A DNA stretch of 64,000 bases from positions 49,662,001 through 49,726,000 of the forward strand of contig NC_043015.1 of NCBI RefSeq assembly GCF_006345805.1, given 5' to 3'. Each line of letters begins with the position of its first letter. Within the stretch, counting starts at the first letter, position 1. Below are positions 22,930 to 36,247 of the stretch, piece by piece. The position numbers and the translations under genes were made by a program. The notes below the pieces were generated by a model. The model saw nothing but the letters and a program-made list of their open reading frames with translations. It was not told the origin of the DNA and ran no database searches. The stretch is from Octopus sinensis. Taxonomy: Eukaryota.

Positions 22930-23801
22930 AGTGTTCGCATTATTCTGCCAAAATTAATGCTTCTTCATCCACTTTGTTTTCAACTAATGATTCATTAATC
23001 TTGTAGCTATGAAATTTTGATGAGGTAGCTGTTAATTTTTAAAATGATATTGTAGGGCTGGTGTGAGAGACCAGATAGGGCTAGTCTGAACATAAAACAG
23101 GTAGAATATTTTTGGCCGGATATGGCCGGTTTAAATGCTAAAGGGGGTATACGAAGTTTTAAAGTGTTTAGTTAACTAGAAATTGTCTGCCGTTCAAAAG
23201 GAAAAGATCCCGTACAGCATCGTGTCCGAATCGCCTTGCATGTTTAATGTTTCTGTACGTACGCTGTACATGCAATCAATGTACAACATGCCAGTGACCT
23301 ACCTGCCATACGACCAATGATATCACCATCAACGTCGTCGTTGCCACGTCTACTTTCCCATGCTTGGAATGGATCAGATGAAATGCGTGAAAGCAGATTT
23401 TCTACGGCCCGAACGCTCTTCCTGTTGCCAACCGCCACCTGTTTCCAAACAAGGTTTTAATTCATTTATCTTCGCTTCCATACGTATACGCAAACACCAC
23501 GATAGCCGGTCGTGTTTTCACGGGAAAATTGCAAAACGGACGTATAGGAAATTTTACCACCGTGAATTCCTTGTCCTAACCAAGTGGGCGTTAAAACGAT
23601 GACAATAAAGGTGGTGGTGTTGATGATGATGATGGTGGTGGTGATGAGTTCCTCGATAAGTATGATCGATCGTGTAATTTGCGACGAAGATTGTTGCGAT
23701 TGTTATCTTGTAGTTTTTTCTGGAACATTCGCAGACAGTCTGTTTTCGTATTAGCTCTACAATCTGCAATGTCTAATTTGAAGAAAAAATATAAAGTGCT
23801 G

Positions 23802-23845
<44 letters not shown>

Positions 23846-25297
23846 ACACATACGCACGCACACACACGCACGCACATACATAGGCGGAGGGGGTGCTGGT
23901 GTTAAGAGATCAACTTGGCTTTTTTTTTAAACCGCTTTAGGCTTTACCGACACTTTGTAACTGACAAGAGTTGGAGCCGAGCTGATAAGCCTAAGTAAAG
24001 TTTCGTTTCATTAGAGTCCGCGTCTTATCTTGGAAATATATCATCTCTCTCTTGCAGATAATCTATCAGATTAGTCAACGACGACGACCTGGTAGGACGT
24101 TTAGAGCCAAGCTATAAACGGTGTGAAGTTAATGTAAACACACACATGTATGGGTGTATGTATGTATGTATGTATCTATGTATGTATATATGTGTGTACG
24201 TGTGTTTAAGAGTATATATGGTTTTAGTTCAAGTAGGAAAAAGAAATATTTAGATAATTATGTTAGCTATAAATAAGTAGCAGATGAATGTTTTTGTCGT
24301 TACCATCATCATATTGGCCATTATCAACCACCACCACCACCATCGGCGTTGTTTTTACGTCCGTTTTTCTATGCTGGCATGAGTTCGACGGGATTTTTTG
24401 AGGCGATATTTTGCAATCAAGATGTCCTTCCTGACACCATCCCACGCAGGAATAATGGCTGGCTATTCTACAAAGCATGTCATACAGGGTACTTTAAGCA
24501 TTTTTTTTTTATTTATGCGTCCTTTTGAAGCCCAGCCAGGCTCAAGGGCTCGGTTTCCCGGTTTCTGTGGCGTATGCCCCCCCCCCTGCTGGACGGGACG
24601 CCAGTCCATCGCAGCGTTACTCAAGAAGCAAGAAGAAAGAGTGAGAGAAAGTTGGGGCGAAAGAGTACAACGAGGGTCGCCACCACCCCCTGCCGGAGCC
24701 TCGTGGAGCTTTTAGGTGTTTTCGCTCAATAAACACTCACAACGCCCGGTCTGGGAACTGAAACCGCGAGTCCGCTGCCCTAACCACTGGGCCATTGCAC
24801 CTCCACACTTTAAACATAGATACACAATATATTGGTTTCACATTTTGGCACAAGGCCAGCAATATCTGGGAAGGTAGTGAATCAGTTACGTCAATCTCGG
24901 TGCTCGATTGGTGTTTATTTATCGACCGTGAATGGATGAAAGTCAAAGACGACCTCTGCGAAACCTGAAACCAATATATTGTGTATCATCGAGCGAAAAC
25001 GCTCTGTGGTTCCTTCGTTATTTCGCACGAAGCGGCGTAGTTAAAAACTAACCAACCCATTTACTCTTGTTTCGAGTCTTTCCTAAATAAATGAAAAGCT
25101 TACCTTGTGATTTGACACACCTATTTCCTGTTCTTGGCCTAATTAACGCAACTATAATTATATTTGATATAATTATGTATTGTCAAGTCCTGCTGAGGTT
25201 TCGAAAACGCCTGTATAAACAGAAGATACTGAACACTACATTTTTATCTACATTCCGTTAAGCAGTTTACATCCTTGCACACATCTTGTGTCACGGC

Positions 25298-25332
<35 letters not shown>

Positions 25333-25563
25333 ACTTTTCTACTAAAGGCACAGGGCCTGAAATTATGGGGGTGGGGACTAGCGGATTACATCAACCCTAG
25401 TGTTTCATTGGTACTTAATTTATCGACCCCGAAAGGATGAAAGGCAAAGTTGACCTTAGCGGAGTTTAAACTCAGAACATAGCGACGGGCGAAAAACCGC
25501 TAAGCATTTCGCCCGGCGTGCTAAAGATACTGCCAGCTCGCCGCCTTACGGAGTATATACATA

Positions 25564-25605
<42 letters not shown>

Positions 25606-25734
25606 CGTCATGTGACTCAGTACATCTATGCATCTTACGTCACAGCACTTTTCTTATACACTGTGTGTCGCAGTGGTTCAATCTCTCGCATCGTGTGTTT
25701 CATTGCATATATCACACCGTGTGTTACACTGCTG

Positions 25735-25935
25735 CGTTGTGTCATAAGTATTTCTCTCACCGCTGTGTCACAGCACTTCTACAAACCGTGTATCATAGCG
25801 ACCTTCTACACACAGTTTGTCATGAGTATTTCCCTCACTGCCGTGTCACAACACTCCAGCGCTTCAACACCTCGTGTGTCATAAATATTTCCCTCACTAC
25901 CGTGTCACAACACTTCTATACACCGTGTGTCACGT
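25735..25935 (+). repeat. Degenerate minisatellite
   Basis: GTCAT(A/G)A(G/A)TATTT(C)CTCAC...GTGTCACA(G/A)CACT recurs at about 25741, 25819 and 25878. Confidence 0.75.
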
Positions 25936-26023
25936 TGAATCTACACACCATTTAGTATGTCGCATCTACACGCCCTGTTTACGACCTCGTTACTTAGCGT
26001 TCCGGCAAGAGAAACCGATTGGA

Positions 26024-26089
<66 letters not shown>

Positions 26090-26092
26090 CAG

Positions 26093-26405
26093 TGGGGGCG
26101 CACTGGCCCAGTGGTTAGGGCAGCGGACACGCGGTCGTGGGATCGCGGGTCGATTCCTAGACCGGGCGTTGTGAGTGTTTATTGACCTAAAATTCCACGA
26201 CGACCACAACTTGCTTCTTGTTTCTGTTGTACATGTAATTCAAAGGGGCCAGCCTTGTCACACATTGTGTCACGCTGAATATCCCCCGAGAACTACGTTA
26301 GGGGTACACATGTCCGTGGAGTGCTCAACCACTTGCACCTTAATTTCACCAGCAAGCTGTTCCGTGATCGGATCAACTGGAACCCTCGTCGTCGTAACCG
26401 AGTGC
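26093..26405 (+). mobile_element. SINE family C with internal deletion
   Basis: Head GGGGCGCACTGGCCCAGTGGTTAGGG and 3' CGTCGTCGTAACCGA match family C. Confidence 0.8.
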
Positions 26406-26417
26406 AACGATATGTCT

Positions 26418-26838
26418 CTTTTACTTGTTTCAGTCATTTGACTGCGGCCATGCTGGAGCACCGCCTTTAGTCAGGCAAATCGACCACAGGACTTATTCTT
26501 TGTAAGCCTTGTACTTTATTCTATCGGTCTCTTTTGCCGAACCGGTAAGTTACGGGGACGTAAACACACCAGCATCGGTTGTCAAGCGATGCCGGGGCGG
26601 GGGGACAAACACAGAGACACAAACATTCTCACACATAGATACATATATATATATATATATATACACATACATACATATATACGACGGGCTTCTTCCAGTT
26701 TCCGTCTACCAAATCCACACACAAGGTTTTGGTCGGCCCGAGGCTATAGTAGAAGACACTTGCCCAAGATGCCACGCAATGGGACTGAACCCGGAACCAT
26801 GTGGTAAGCAAGCTACTTACCACATAGTCACTCCTGCG
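26418..26838 (-). mobile_element. SINE family B
   Basis: Reverse complement of family B. Confidence 0.85.
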
Positions 26839-26869
26839 CCTATGTGTGTACAATATATACATATATATG

Positions 26870-26938
<69 letters not shown>

Positions 26939-26942
26939 CATA

Positions 26943-26988
<46 letters not shown>

Positions 26989-27239
26989 GTGTGTAATATC
27001 CGTTCTAAATTAATATCGCTGCTTTCATCTTTATTAGACTTTTGTTTATTAAGCACAAAGATTTTGAAGTCTCTCGTACCGGCGCCGCCGCCGTTGTTCT
27101 CGTCATCGCCATCTTCATAGCTGTCATCACCGTCATCGTTTATTGTCATCATCTTGTTTAACAACCAACATAGGTTAGACGGTTCTGAAATCATATATCC
27201 CACGTGACTTTCGACATGATGTTCTCTCCGCCACCTCAA

Positions 27240-27418
27240 CTTCTTCGTCTTTTTCGTCTTCGTCTTCTTTTTCGTCTTCGTCTTCTTCTTCGTCTTTTTC
27301 GTCTTCGTCTTTTTCGTCTTTTTCTTCGTCTATTTCTTCTTCTTCGTCTTTTTCTTCTTCGTCTTTTTCTTCTTCTTCGTCTTTTTCTTCTTCGTCTTTT
27401 TCTTCTTCATCTTCTCCT

Positions 27419-27456
<38 letters not shown>

Positions 27457-27532
27457 TCTCTCTCTCTCTCTTTCTCTTCTCTCTCTTCTCTCTCTCTCTC
27501 TTTCTCTTCTCTCTCTTTCTCTTCTCTGTCTT

Positions 27533-27588
<56 letters not shown>

Positions 27589-27590
27589 TA
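27240..27590. repeat. (CTT/CGT)n and (CT)n microsatellite block
   Basis: Simple repeats; source of the charged pseudo-ORFs at 27175-27617. Confidence 0.95.
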
Positions 27591-28129
27591 CAGCATTATA
27601 CAAATCGAATAGGCTGATCTCAGGTTGGGTGTATCCTATTACACATTAGACATGGGTCCGGTGAAGAAGCGGAGTCAGAAACGGGAGACAACTCCGAGCG
27701 CCTTGTAACCCGACCTCCCGTCTTTTCATTCACTTCATTTCCTTGTTCGATCCGCCTTCCTCCGTTCCCGAAGACCTCCGACTCACTGACGTAAACTTCG
27801 TGTAACTCGACACCCAGTCGTGCAAATAGACCTGTCCACTTCCTTTTGGCAACGTCAAGACATATCTCGTTCTCCACCGAAGAGCATCTTTCGTCGCCAA
27901 CCCACATCTCTTCTCTCTTCCTCTCACCACCACCACCACTACCATCGCCACCGCTGCCACCACCACCACCACCTTTGAATTACATACTTGCACGCTATTT
28001 GACCTCACTCTTTCGTTCTCCGTTTCGTTTATTACATTTCGTAGCCGCTGTTTCGTATCCAAATCGTGTATCGTGTAATGGAGGTTTTGAACCCTGTGTG
28101 TTCCGGGTCGATAGTTTATCTTTTAATTG

Positions 28130-28795
28130 TTTCAATCATTTGACTACGGCCGTGCTGGAGCACCACCCTGAAGTTTTTTTTTTTTTTAGTCGAATAAATC
28201 GATCCCGGTGCTTGTTTTTATTTATTTTTTTACAAGCCTCTAACAAACCACTGAGTTACGGGGGACGTAAACATATCAACATCGGTTGTCAAGTAGTGAG
28301 GGTGGTAATGATGGTGGTGGTGGTAGTGGTGACAAATACACACACACACACATACGACGCGTTTCTTTCAGCTTCCGTCTACCAAATCCACTCGCAAGGT
28401 GTCACGCAGTGGGACTGAACTCGGAACCATGTGGTTTAAAAGCAAACTTCTTTACGACACAGCCACACCTGCACCCTTAGTTTACTCTTCTACTCTTATT
28501 CGTTTCAGTCATTTAACTGCAGCCATGCTGGAGCACCGCCTTTAGTCGAACAAATCAACCCCTAGAACTTACTCTTTGTAAGCCTAGTACTTATTCTATC
28601 GGGCACCTTTTGCCGAACCGCTAAGTTACGGGGGCGTAAACACACTAGCATCGGTTGTCAAGTGATGGTGGGGAGACAAACATACATATATATATATATA
28701 TTCAATGGGCTTCTTTCAGTTTCCGTCTACCAAATCCACTCACAAGGCTTTGATCAGCCCATGGCTATAGTAGAAGACACTTGCCCAAGGTGCAC
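28130..28795 (-). mobile_element. Two consecutive family B SINEs
   Basis: Two reverse-complement copies, about 28130-28475 and 28485-28795. Confidence 0.8.
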
Positions 28796-30065
28796 GCTGC
28801 ACTTGCCTCTATCCCTTGTGTTGCCTTATTGACTGCAACGGGAAATTGTAACTACGATGAGTGAAGTAAAATGCCATAATCGTGACTCGAACTCGCCTTT
28901 CTCTGCTTCGCTTGTAGCTAACTTCGACTCTAACGGCGCTCGTATCTGTTCTTCCCTTTCGCACCCACAAAAATATATTAACTGGTAGTATTTTGAACTT
29001 ATTTTATTTTCTATATCTTTTGTATTAGAATATCCAGACACTATTTCATAATCTTGTATGAGTGATGGAATCTTGCATGGGGAATGGAAAAGGTGATGTT
29101 CATGCCCTTCCGAAGGCATTAATAGATGCGTAAATAAAATTTAATAACTTCAACATGTTGAGTGCCTTGTTATGATTTAATCTCATTAGATTAGCATTAA
29201 ATTATTACCGCGTTTTCCAGCATACACATCGACATCGTACCGTAAATATATTTAGAGCCTGGTGCAGCCATCTGATTCGCCAGACCTCAGTCAAATCGTT
29301 CAACCCATGCTAGCATGGAAAGCGGGCGTTAAACGATGATGATTGATATAAAATCTCTTATTTCTAAGCGATCGATCAAAAGATGAATGCGTTATTTATC
29401 TGTTCGAATAGAATTTATTTCAATTTTCCTCTCACAATCTCTCTTTCCTGTAAAGGTTATTTTCTGGGACGCAGATTCTTTTTTAGTACTAGGAATATCT
29501 AACAAGCTGTTCTGCTAATTTAATCTCTGGCCAGCCAGATTCCGCAGACTGATGTTGATGCTTAGCTGAGTAAACGTACCAAGATCAGATGGTATTGCTC
29601 AAAAGGTTCCATGCTGAGCACGTAACCCAGACTCTCTTCTTTTCACTCATTTCGTTTTCCTTATTTTGATACATCCTGCCATTCCTACGTTCTCTCACTC
29701 ACTGACGTAAATTTCGCGAATGGTAATTTTTACGGTTCCGTGTGTGACACTTTGATTCCTGCTAACCTCGCCAAAATATTACTTTACAAGAAGAGCTAGA
29801 TGGGAGCGGTGGCGATGGTGGTTGTGGTGTGTGTGTGTGTGTGTGTATGGAGGAGGTGGGGGCTATATTAAATTTCAAACAGCTACCACGAAATGTCGTA
29901 AACAAGACGGAGAAAGAAAAATCGTGTGACTGAAATTGAGACACGACCATAATCCTATGTTAAAATCCTTTTTTACACGCCCTTAATATTTGGTGTTTAA
30001 TGTTGCAACTGCCTTGTAACAGTGGACATAGTGTTGCGCCGCTGTATTTATGAACAAAATACTTA

Positions 30066-30560
30066 AAGCGCAGGAGTGGCTGTGTGGTAAGTAGCTTGCT
30101 AACCAACCACATGGTTCCGGGTTCAGTTCCAATGCGTGGCATCTTGGGCAAGTGTCTTCTGCTATAGCCCCGGGCCGACCAATGCCTTGTGAGTGGATTT
30201 GGTAGACGGAAACTGAAAGAAGCCTGTCGTATATATGTATATATATAATGTGTGTGTGTGTGTCAGTGTGTCCCCTAGCATTGCTTGACAACCGATGCTG
30301 GTTGTGTTTACGTCCCCGTCACATAGCGGTTCGGCAAAAGAGACCGATAGAATAAGTACTGGGCTTACAAAGAATAAGTCCCGGGGTCGATTTGCTCGAC
30401 TAAAGGCGGTGCTCCTTATGTTCCGAGTTAAAAAGCTGCCGGAGTCGGCTTTGCCTTTTATCCTCTCGGGGTCCATAAAATAGGTACCAGTTGATCACTG
30501 GGGGGTTAATGTAATCAATTTATCATCCCCTTCTCCGAAATTGCAGGCCTTGTGTCAAAA
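30066..30560 (+). mobile_element. Family B SINE fused to a family A 3' fragment
   Basis: Family B sequence runs to GGCGGTGCTCC, then GAGTCGGCTTTGCCTTT family A body follows. Confidence 0.7.
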
Positions 30561-30884
30561 TTTAAAACCATCATTATCACCATCATCTTCTCCGTACTTG
30601 TTTTTCTTTTCATTATAAAATAAGCGGATATTAATAACATTAGTTTTTTGTTTGTTTTTTTTTTAACGATTGCAAGAAGGAAACGGAGACAAGGTCGGAG
30701 ATTTGTCTTCCCACTATGTTTATATAAAAATGTGATGGATTAAGAGAGAGAGAGACCGAGATGGTGGAGACGGGGTCGATAAAACTGCTGGTTGGTACGT
30801 GCGGTGGCAGCGGTGTTGATGGTGTTTGGCGGCGGTTCACCGTTCTCTTCTGCTCGCTTCTTGAATGCAATGATTCGGGTTGTA

Positions 30885-33461
30885 TGTGTGTGTGTGTGTG
30901 TGTGTATGTTTGGAAGAAGGCAGGGTTTTGGCTAGGTTGGTAGACACACTTTTAAAATACGTGCAAAATGAATATGGGAGAGCGTTTGTGTGTGCATGGG
31001 TTTGTGTGGAGAGATATATACTAAACGATTCCATCTGCTGAAAAGATCTTCCTTCCTTATTCACTTCGTGTCGTCTGCTCTCTCTCTTTCTCTATCTGTC
31101 TTTCGTTTCCCCTCCATACTCTTCGCCCTCCCTCAGGTATACCGTTTCTTTTTTCTTTTTCTCTTCCCTCTTTAAACAAATAATTCCTTTTGCTCTATAT
31201 ATCCTCTCTTTCTTTCTTTTTTTTTCCTCCCCTCTCACCCACCACGTCATTCCCTCCACTTACTCTTCAAATAGCCTTGACATTCTCCGGCAATTTTCGG
31301 CCTGATCGCTCGTTCATCAGACGAGGAAGGAGGCCAACAAAGAAATAAAATAAAAATTAATGAATAAATAAATAAACCAAACAACTAAAACAGCCGAAGA
31401 AAAAAAGGAAAGAAAGAAAGAAACAATAAATAAATAAATAATAATAAAAAAAAGCCGAAGGAAAAAAAAATAACAAAACAAAAATGACTGAAGTGGAAAA
31501 AAATAGAGCAGCAGCAACAGCAGCAGCCTATAAAGTAGAGAATAAAAACAACAATAAGAATAACAATAACATAATCCTAAAACCTCATAATGAAACGGCA
31601 AGAAGAGATAAGAAACAAGTTGTAAATATAACAAGCGGCAGGCGAGGGTGGAGGGAGGAAGAGCTTTCGTTAGCAGCAGCAGCAGCAGCGGCAGTAGAGC
31701 TGTCTGTTCGTCAGGCGTTAGTTCCATCAGACAAACAACCTCCCTCTGTTGTTACTTTAAGCATTTTTTTATTTTTTATATATATTATTTCTAATTCAAC
31801 TCGGTTATATAATTACTTGCAGTTTTCTTTTTTTTGTTGTTGTTGCCATATTTTCTTTCGGTCATATTTTTTTTCTTTGCTGCTGCTGCTTTGTTATTTT
31901 TTTATGCTTTTTTTTTTCGTTGTGGCTGTCTATTCTTAGTTTTCGTATTTCTCTCCCCCCACGACCACCACCATCATCGCCCCGACTTTCTACAATTTCT
32001 GTGTTTATTATTCAATAAACTATATCACTATTTCACAGCTTCAATTTCTCATCGCTGTTATATACTGAACGAAAGCTCTCACACACACACATATATTTAT
32101 ACATACATACATACACACATATATATATATTATACTATAGACATACTTACACACATGCTTATTGCATATGTGTGTGTGTGTGTGTGGTGTGTGTGTGTAT
32201 GTTGGAAGAAGGCAGGGTTTTGGCTAGGTTGGTAGACACACTTTTAAAATACGTGCAAAATGAATATGGGAGAGCGTTTGTGTGTGCATGGGTTTGTGTG
32301 GAGAGATATATACTAAACGATTCCATCGCTGAAAAGATCTTCCTTCCTTATTCACTTCGTGTCGTGCTCTCTCTCTTTCTCTATCTGTCTTTCGTTTCCC
32401 CTCCATACTCTTCGCCTCCCTCAGGTATACCGTTTCTTTTTTCTTTTTCTCTTCCCTCTTTAAACAAATAATTCCTTTGCTATATATCCTCTCTTTTCTT
32501 TCTTTTTTTCCTCCCCTCTCACCCACCACGTCATTCCCTCCACTTACTCTTCAAATAGCCTTGACATTCTCCGGCAATTTTCGGCCTGATCGCTCGTTCA
32601 TCAGACGAGGAAGGAGGCCAACAAAGAAATAAATAAAAATTAATGAATAAATAAATAAACCAAACAACTAAAACAGCCGAAGAAAAAAAGGAAAGAAAGA
32701 AAGAAACAATAAATAAATAATAATAATAAAAAAAAGCCGAAGGAAAAAAAATAACAAAACAAAAATGACTGAAGTGGAAAAAAATAGAGCAGCAGCAACA
32801 ACAGCAGCAGCAGCGCAGCAGCCTATAAAGTAGAGAATAGAGAAAAAACAACAATAAGAATAACAATAAACAAATCCTAAAACCTCATAATGAAACGGCA
32901 AGAAGAGAAAGAAAACAAGTTGTAAATATAACAAGCGGCAGGCGAGGGTGGAGGGAGGAAGAAGAGCTTTCGTTAGCAGCAGCAGCAGCAGCGGCAGTAG
33001 AGCTGTCTGTTCGTCAGGCGTTAGTTCCATCAGACAAAACAACCCCCTCTGTTGTTACTTTAAGCATTTTTTTATTTTTTATATATATATTCTAATTCAA
33101 CTCGGTTATATAATACTTCAGTTTTCTTTTTTTTGTTGTTGTTGCCATATTTTCTTTCGGTCATATTTTTTCTTTGCTGCTGCTGCTTTTTATTTTTTAT
33201 GTTTTTTTTTTCGTTGTGGCTGTCTATTCTTAGTTTTCGTATTTCTCTCCCCCCACGACCACCACCATCATCGCCCCGACTTTCTACAATTTCTGGGTTA
33301 TTATATCAATAAACTATATCACTATTTACAGCTTCAATTTCTCATCGCTGTTATATAATGAACGAAAGCTCTCACACACACACATATATTTATACATACA
33401 TACATACACACATATATATATATTTATACATATAGACATACTTACACACATGCTTATTTGC

Positions 33462-33495
<34 letters not shown>
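30885..33495. repeat. About 1.29 kb direct tandem duplication bounded by (TG)n
   Basis: GGAAGAAGGCAGGG starts at 30912 and 32204; copies differ mainly by 1-2 bp indels. Confidence 0.92.
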
Positions 33496-33499
<4 letters not shown>

Positions 33500-33599
33500 T
33501 AATGTTACGTTTCGTTTGTTTTTTTCATATATCTTTATTCTGAATTATTTTATTTTATTCATTTATAATTTTTTAGTTACGTTTCTGCAGTTATTAACC

Positions 33600-33897
33600 G
33601 GGAGCCAAGTTGAAATTACATATACTATATATACACACATATATATATACATACATAAATACACATATATATATACATACATAAATACATATATATAATT
33701 ACATACATAAATACATATATAATATATATATATATATATATACAATACATAAATACATATATATATATATACATACATAAATACATATATATATATATAT
33801 ACACATACATAAATATATATATACATACATAAATATATATATATATATATATACAAACATAAATACGTATATATACGCACGTATTTATGTATGTGTG

Positions 33898-33928
<31 letters not shown>

Positions 33929-35230
33929 CAAACATAAATACATATATATACGCATGTATTTATGTATGCGTGTGCATAAATATATATATATATATATAAT
34001 TAATTTACTGACTTTCATGGGAAACATGTATTTTTGTGGTTGAAACCTTTTGGATTAACTGGTGCTAGAGTGAGCCATATAGTGACCACTCTCTTATATT
34101 TATTTTATATTATTTTATATTATTTATATATATATATATATATATATATGCGCTAAATACGCACATTCACGCGCGCGCACACACACTTTATGAGTCTCTT
34201 CGGTATTCTTTTTCTTTCATTTTTTTTCTTTCTTTCTTTTCTTAATGTCTTCCGAACATTTCTGTGTTGTGAGGTGGGGGTTAGGTGGTGGGGAGGTGAC
34301 GGGCTGACAGTTCTAAGCATACGTTCCTACTTTTGCATTCGCGTATAAAACGCATATAAACATACATACATACATACATGCACACATCGTACGTTTAAAC
34401 ACTTATTATAAATACTGATAAAGAAAAAATGGAGGCGAGATGATAACGACATCATGTATATATAAAAATAATATATATATATATATATAGATATATATAT
34501 ATATATATATATAATTTGCATACATTCATATGTAAGCATTTGGTGGAATATAGTCTAAATCGTCACAAATATGTCGATCAGGGTATCTTCAATTAATATT
34601 TTATCTCTCTCGTGTGTAATGTATAAATATATATATACACATATATATATATACACACATATATATATATACACACACATATGTATATATATATATATAT
34701 ACACATATGTATACATATATATACACATATGTATGCATATATATGCATATACATATATACACATATGTATACATATATATGCACATACATATATATATGC
34801 ACATACATATGTATATACGTGTATACATATATATATGCACATACATATATACATGTATATGCTTACATATATATGCACACATATATACATATATATATAT
34901 ATGCATATACATACATATATATATATATATACATATATATATGCATATACATATATAAATATATGCACATACATACATATATATATATATGTATACATAT
35001 ATATATGCATATATATCTATATATATATATACATATATACATACACACACACGCATGTATATGCATATACCCATCTATCTTCATCTATATCAAGCTACCT
35101 AGCTACCTGTCTATCAACCTATCTCTCTATCTGCCTTTCTGTCTATCAGTCTCTAACCAACTCCCCACTGTGTGTCTGCGTGCGTGCGTGTGGTGTGTGT
35201 CTGTATGTATATATATATATATACCCCCTC
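33600..35230. repeat. Complex (TA)n/(TACA)n microsatellite fields
   Basis: Simple repeats producing the Y/I/C/M-rich spurious ORFs. Confidence 0.95.
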
Positions 35231-36006
35231 TATTCTGACGGTATTATTCAACAGCTGCATATTTATGTTTTGCTGGCTTTCGTGTAAAAATAACATTTAT
35301 TCTAAATCTGTTGTATTCTCTCAATAAGAGTGTATATGCATATATATGTAGGTGTGTGTGTGTGGCTGTGTACGAATACGTGTGTGTGTGTGTATTGAAT
35401 ATTTTCGCTAATTCGTTCGTCTAATAAGATAATTCGCAGTGTAACTACGAAGTAACCGGTTCACTTAAATACCACGATATTCGCTCACATTATTTGCGAA
35501 GTTCTTTATTGACTTGTCCTAGTTTGAGCCCTGCAGCAATCGTTTTTTGCTTTCTAAACAGTTCGTAAGTGCATATTCCATTTTTGTTGAGGTTTTTCTT
35601 TTTCTTTTACGTGTTTTTCGAGCCGTCAACGACTTAACAAATTCCCTTTTCTCTAAACCCGACCGCTGACGAAATTTTCTTACTACAACTTAATTTTGAT
35701 GTGGTTGACTGCTGCCATTATTAAAACAGCGATGTTTTCAGACATGTCGTCTGGCGGTAGGTATCAGATCGCCTGTAACTAGGTTTCTGTTTCTGGGTTA
35801 GGTTTAAGGAAATTTAATCGCTCTTCGCTCCGTGTTTTTCTTTCTTATTCTTATTGACTTTTTTTTTTCTTTACGTTTATTCGTTTACGTAATAACAATA
35901 ATAATGTAATTCTCTAACTATATAACTGCGGAATGTTTCTTCGCTTGAAATATTAATAGGTCTATATAATAACGATTTCAAAAGATGGCACAAAACCAGC
36001 AACTTT

Positions 36007-36247
36007 GGATCTTTTCGGTTTCAACGGCAGTTTTTTCTAGCGGGGTCATATGAAATTGTCACCAATAATTATGACCCCAGTATCGATCTATTGCATGTCA
36101 ATCTGTTTTAGGGTTAGGGTTAGAGGTGGGGGTGAGGGTATCTTTTTCTTCAGAAATGTAAATAAACCCAATCTGTTTCTTAAACGAGGGACATATTCAT
36201 ACGGCACATAATGTTTTCACCTCAATAGTCGTCATTGATTGGTTGAA
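36007..36247 (-). mobile_element. Half copy of the MITE at 60374-60796, with TTAGGG repeats
   Basis: Reverse complement of about 60550-60796; begins GGATCTTTTCGGTTTCAACGGCAG. Confidence 0.8.

Noticed and set aside
27175-27617. Highly charged ER/DEEK ORFs
   Set aside because: Translation of (GA)n and (GAA/GAC)n microsatellite.
27620-28418. ORFs of 95-190 aa in a GC-richer patch
   Set aside because: No recognisable domain, no compatible splice sites, partly (CAC)n repeat and SINE sequence; kept only as a promoter-like island.
31280-31325. Minus-strand CTGATGA...GAAA...GTC hammerhead-like arrangement
   Set aside because: No stem II closing pair and stem III is out of register.
33563-35287. 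Many 70-238 aa Y/I/C/M/H-rich ORFs
   Set aside because: (TA)n/(CA)n repeats lack stop codons.
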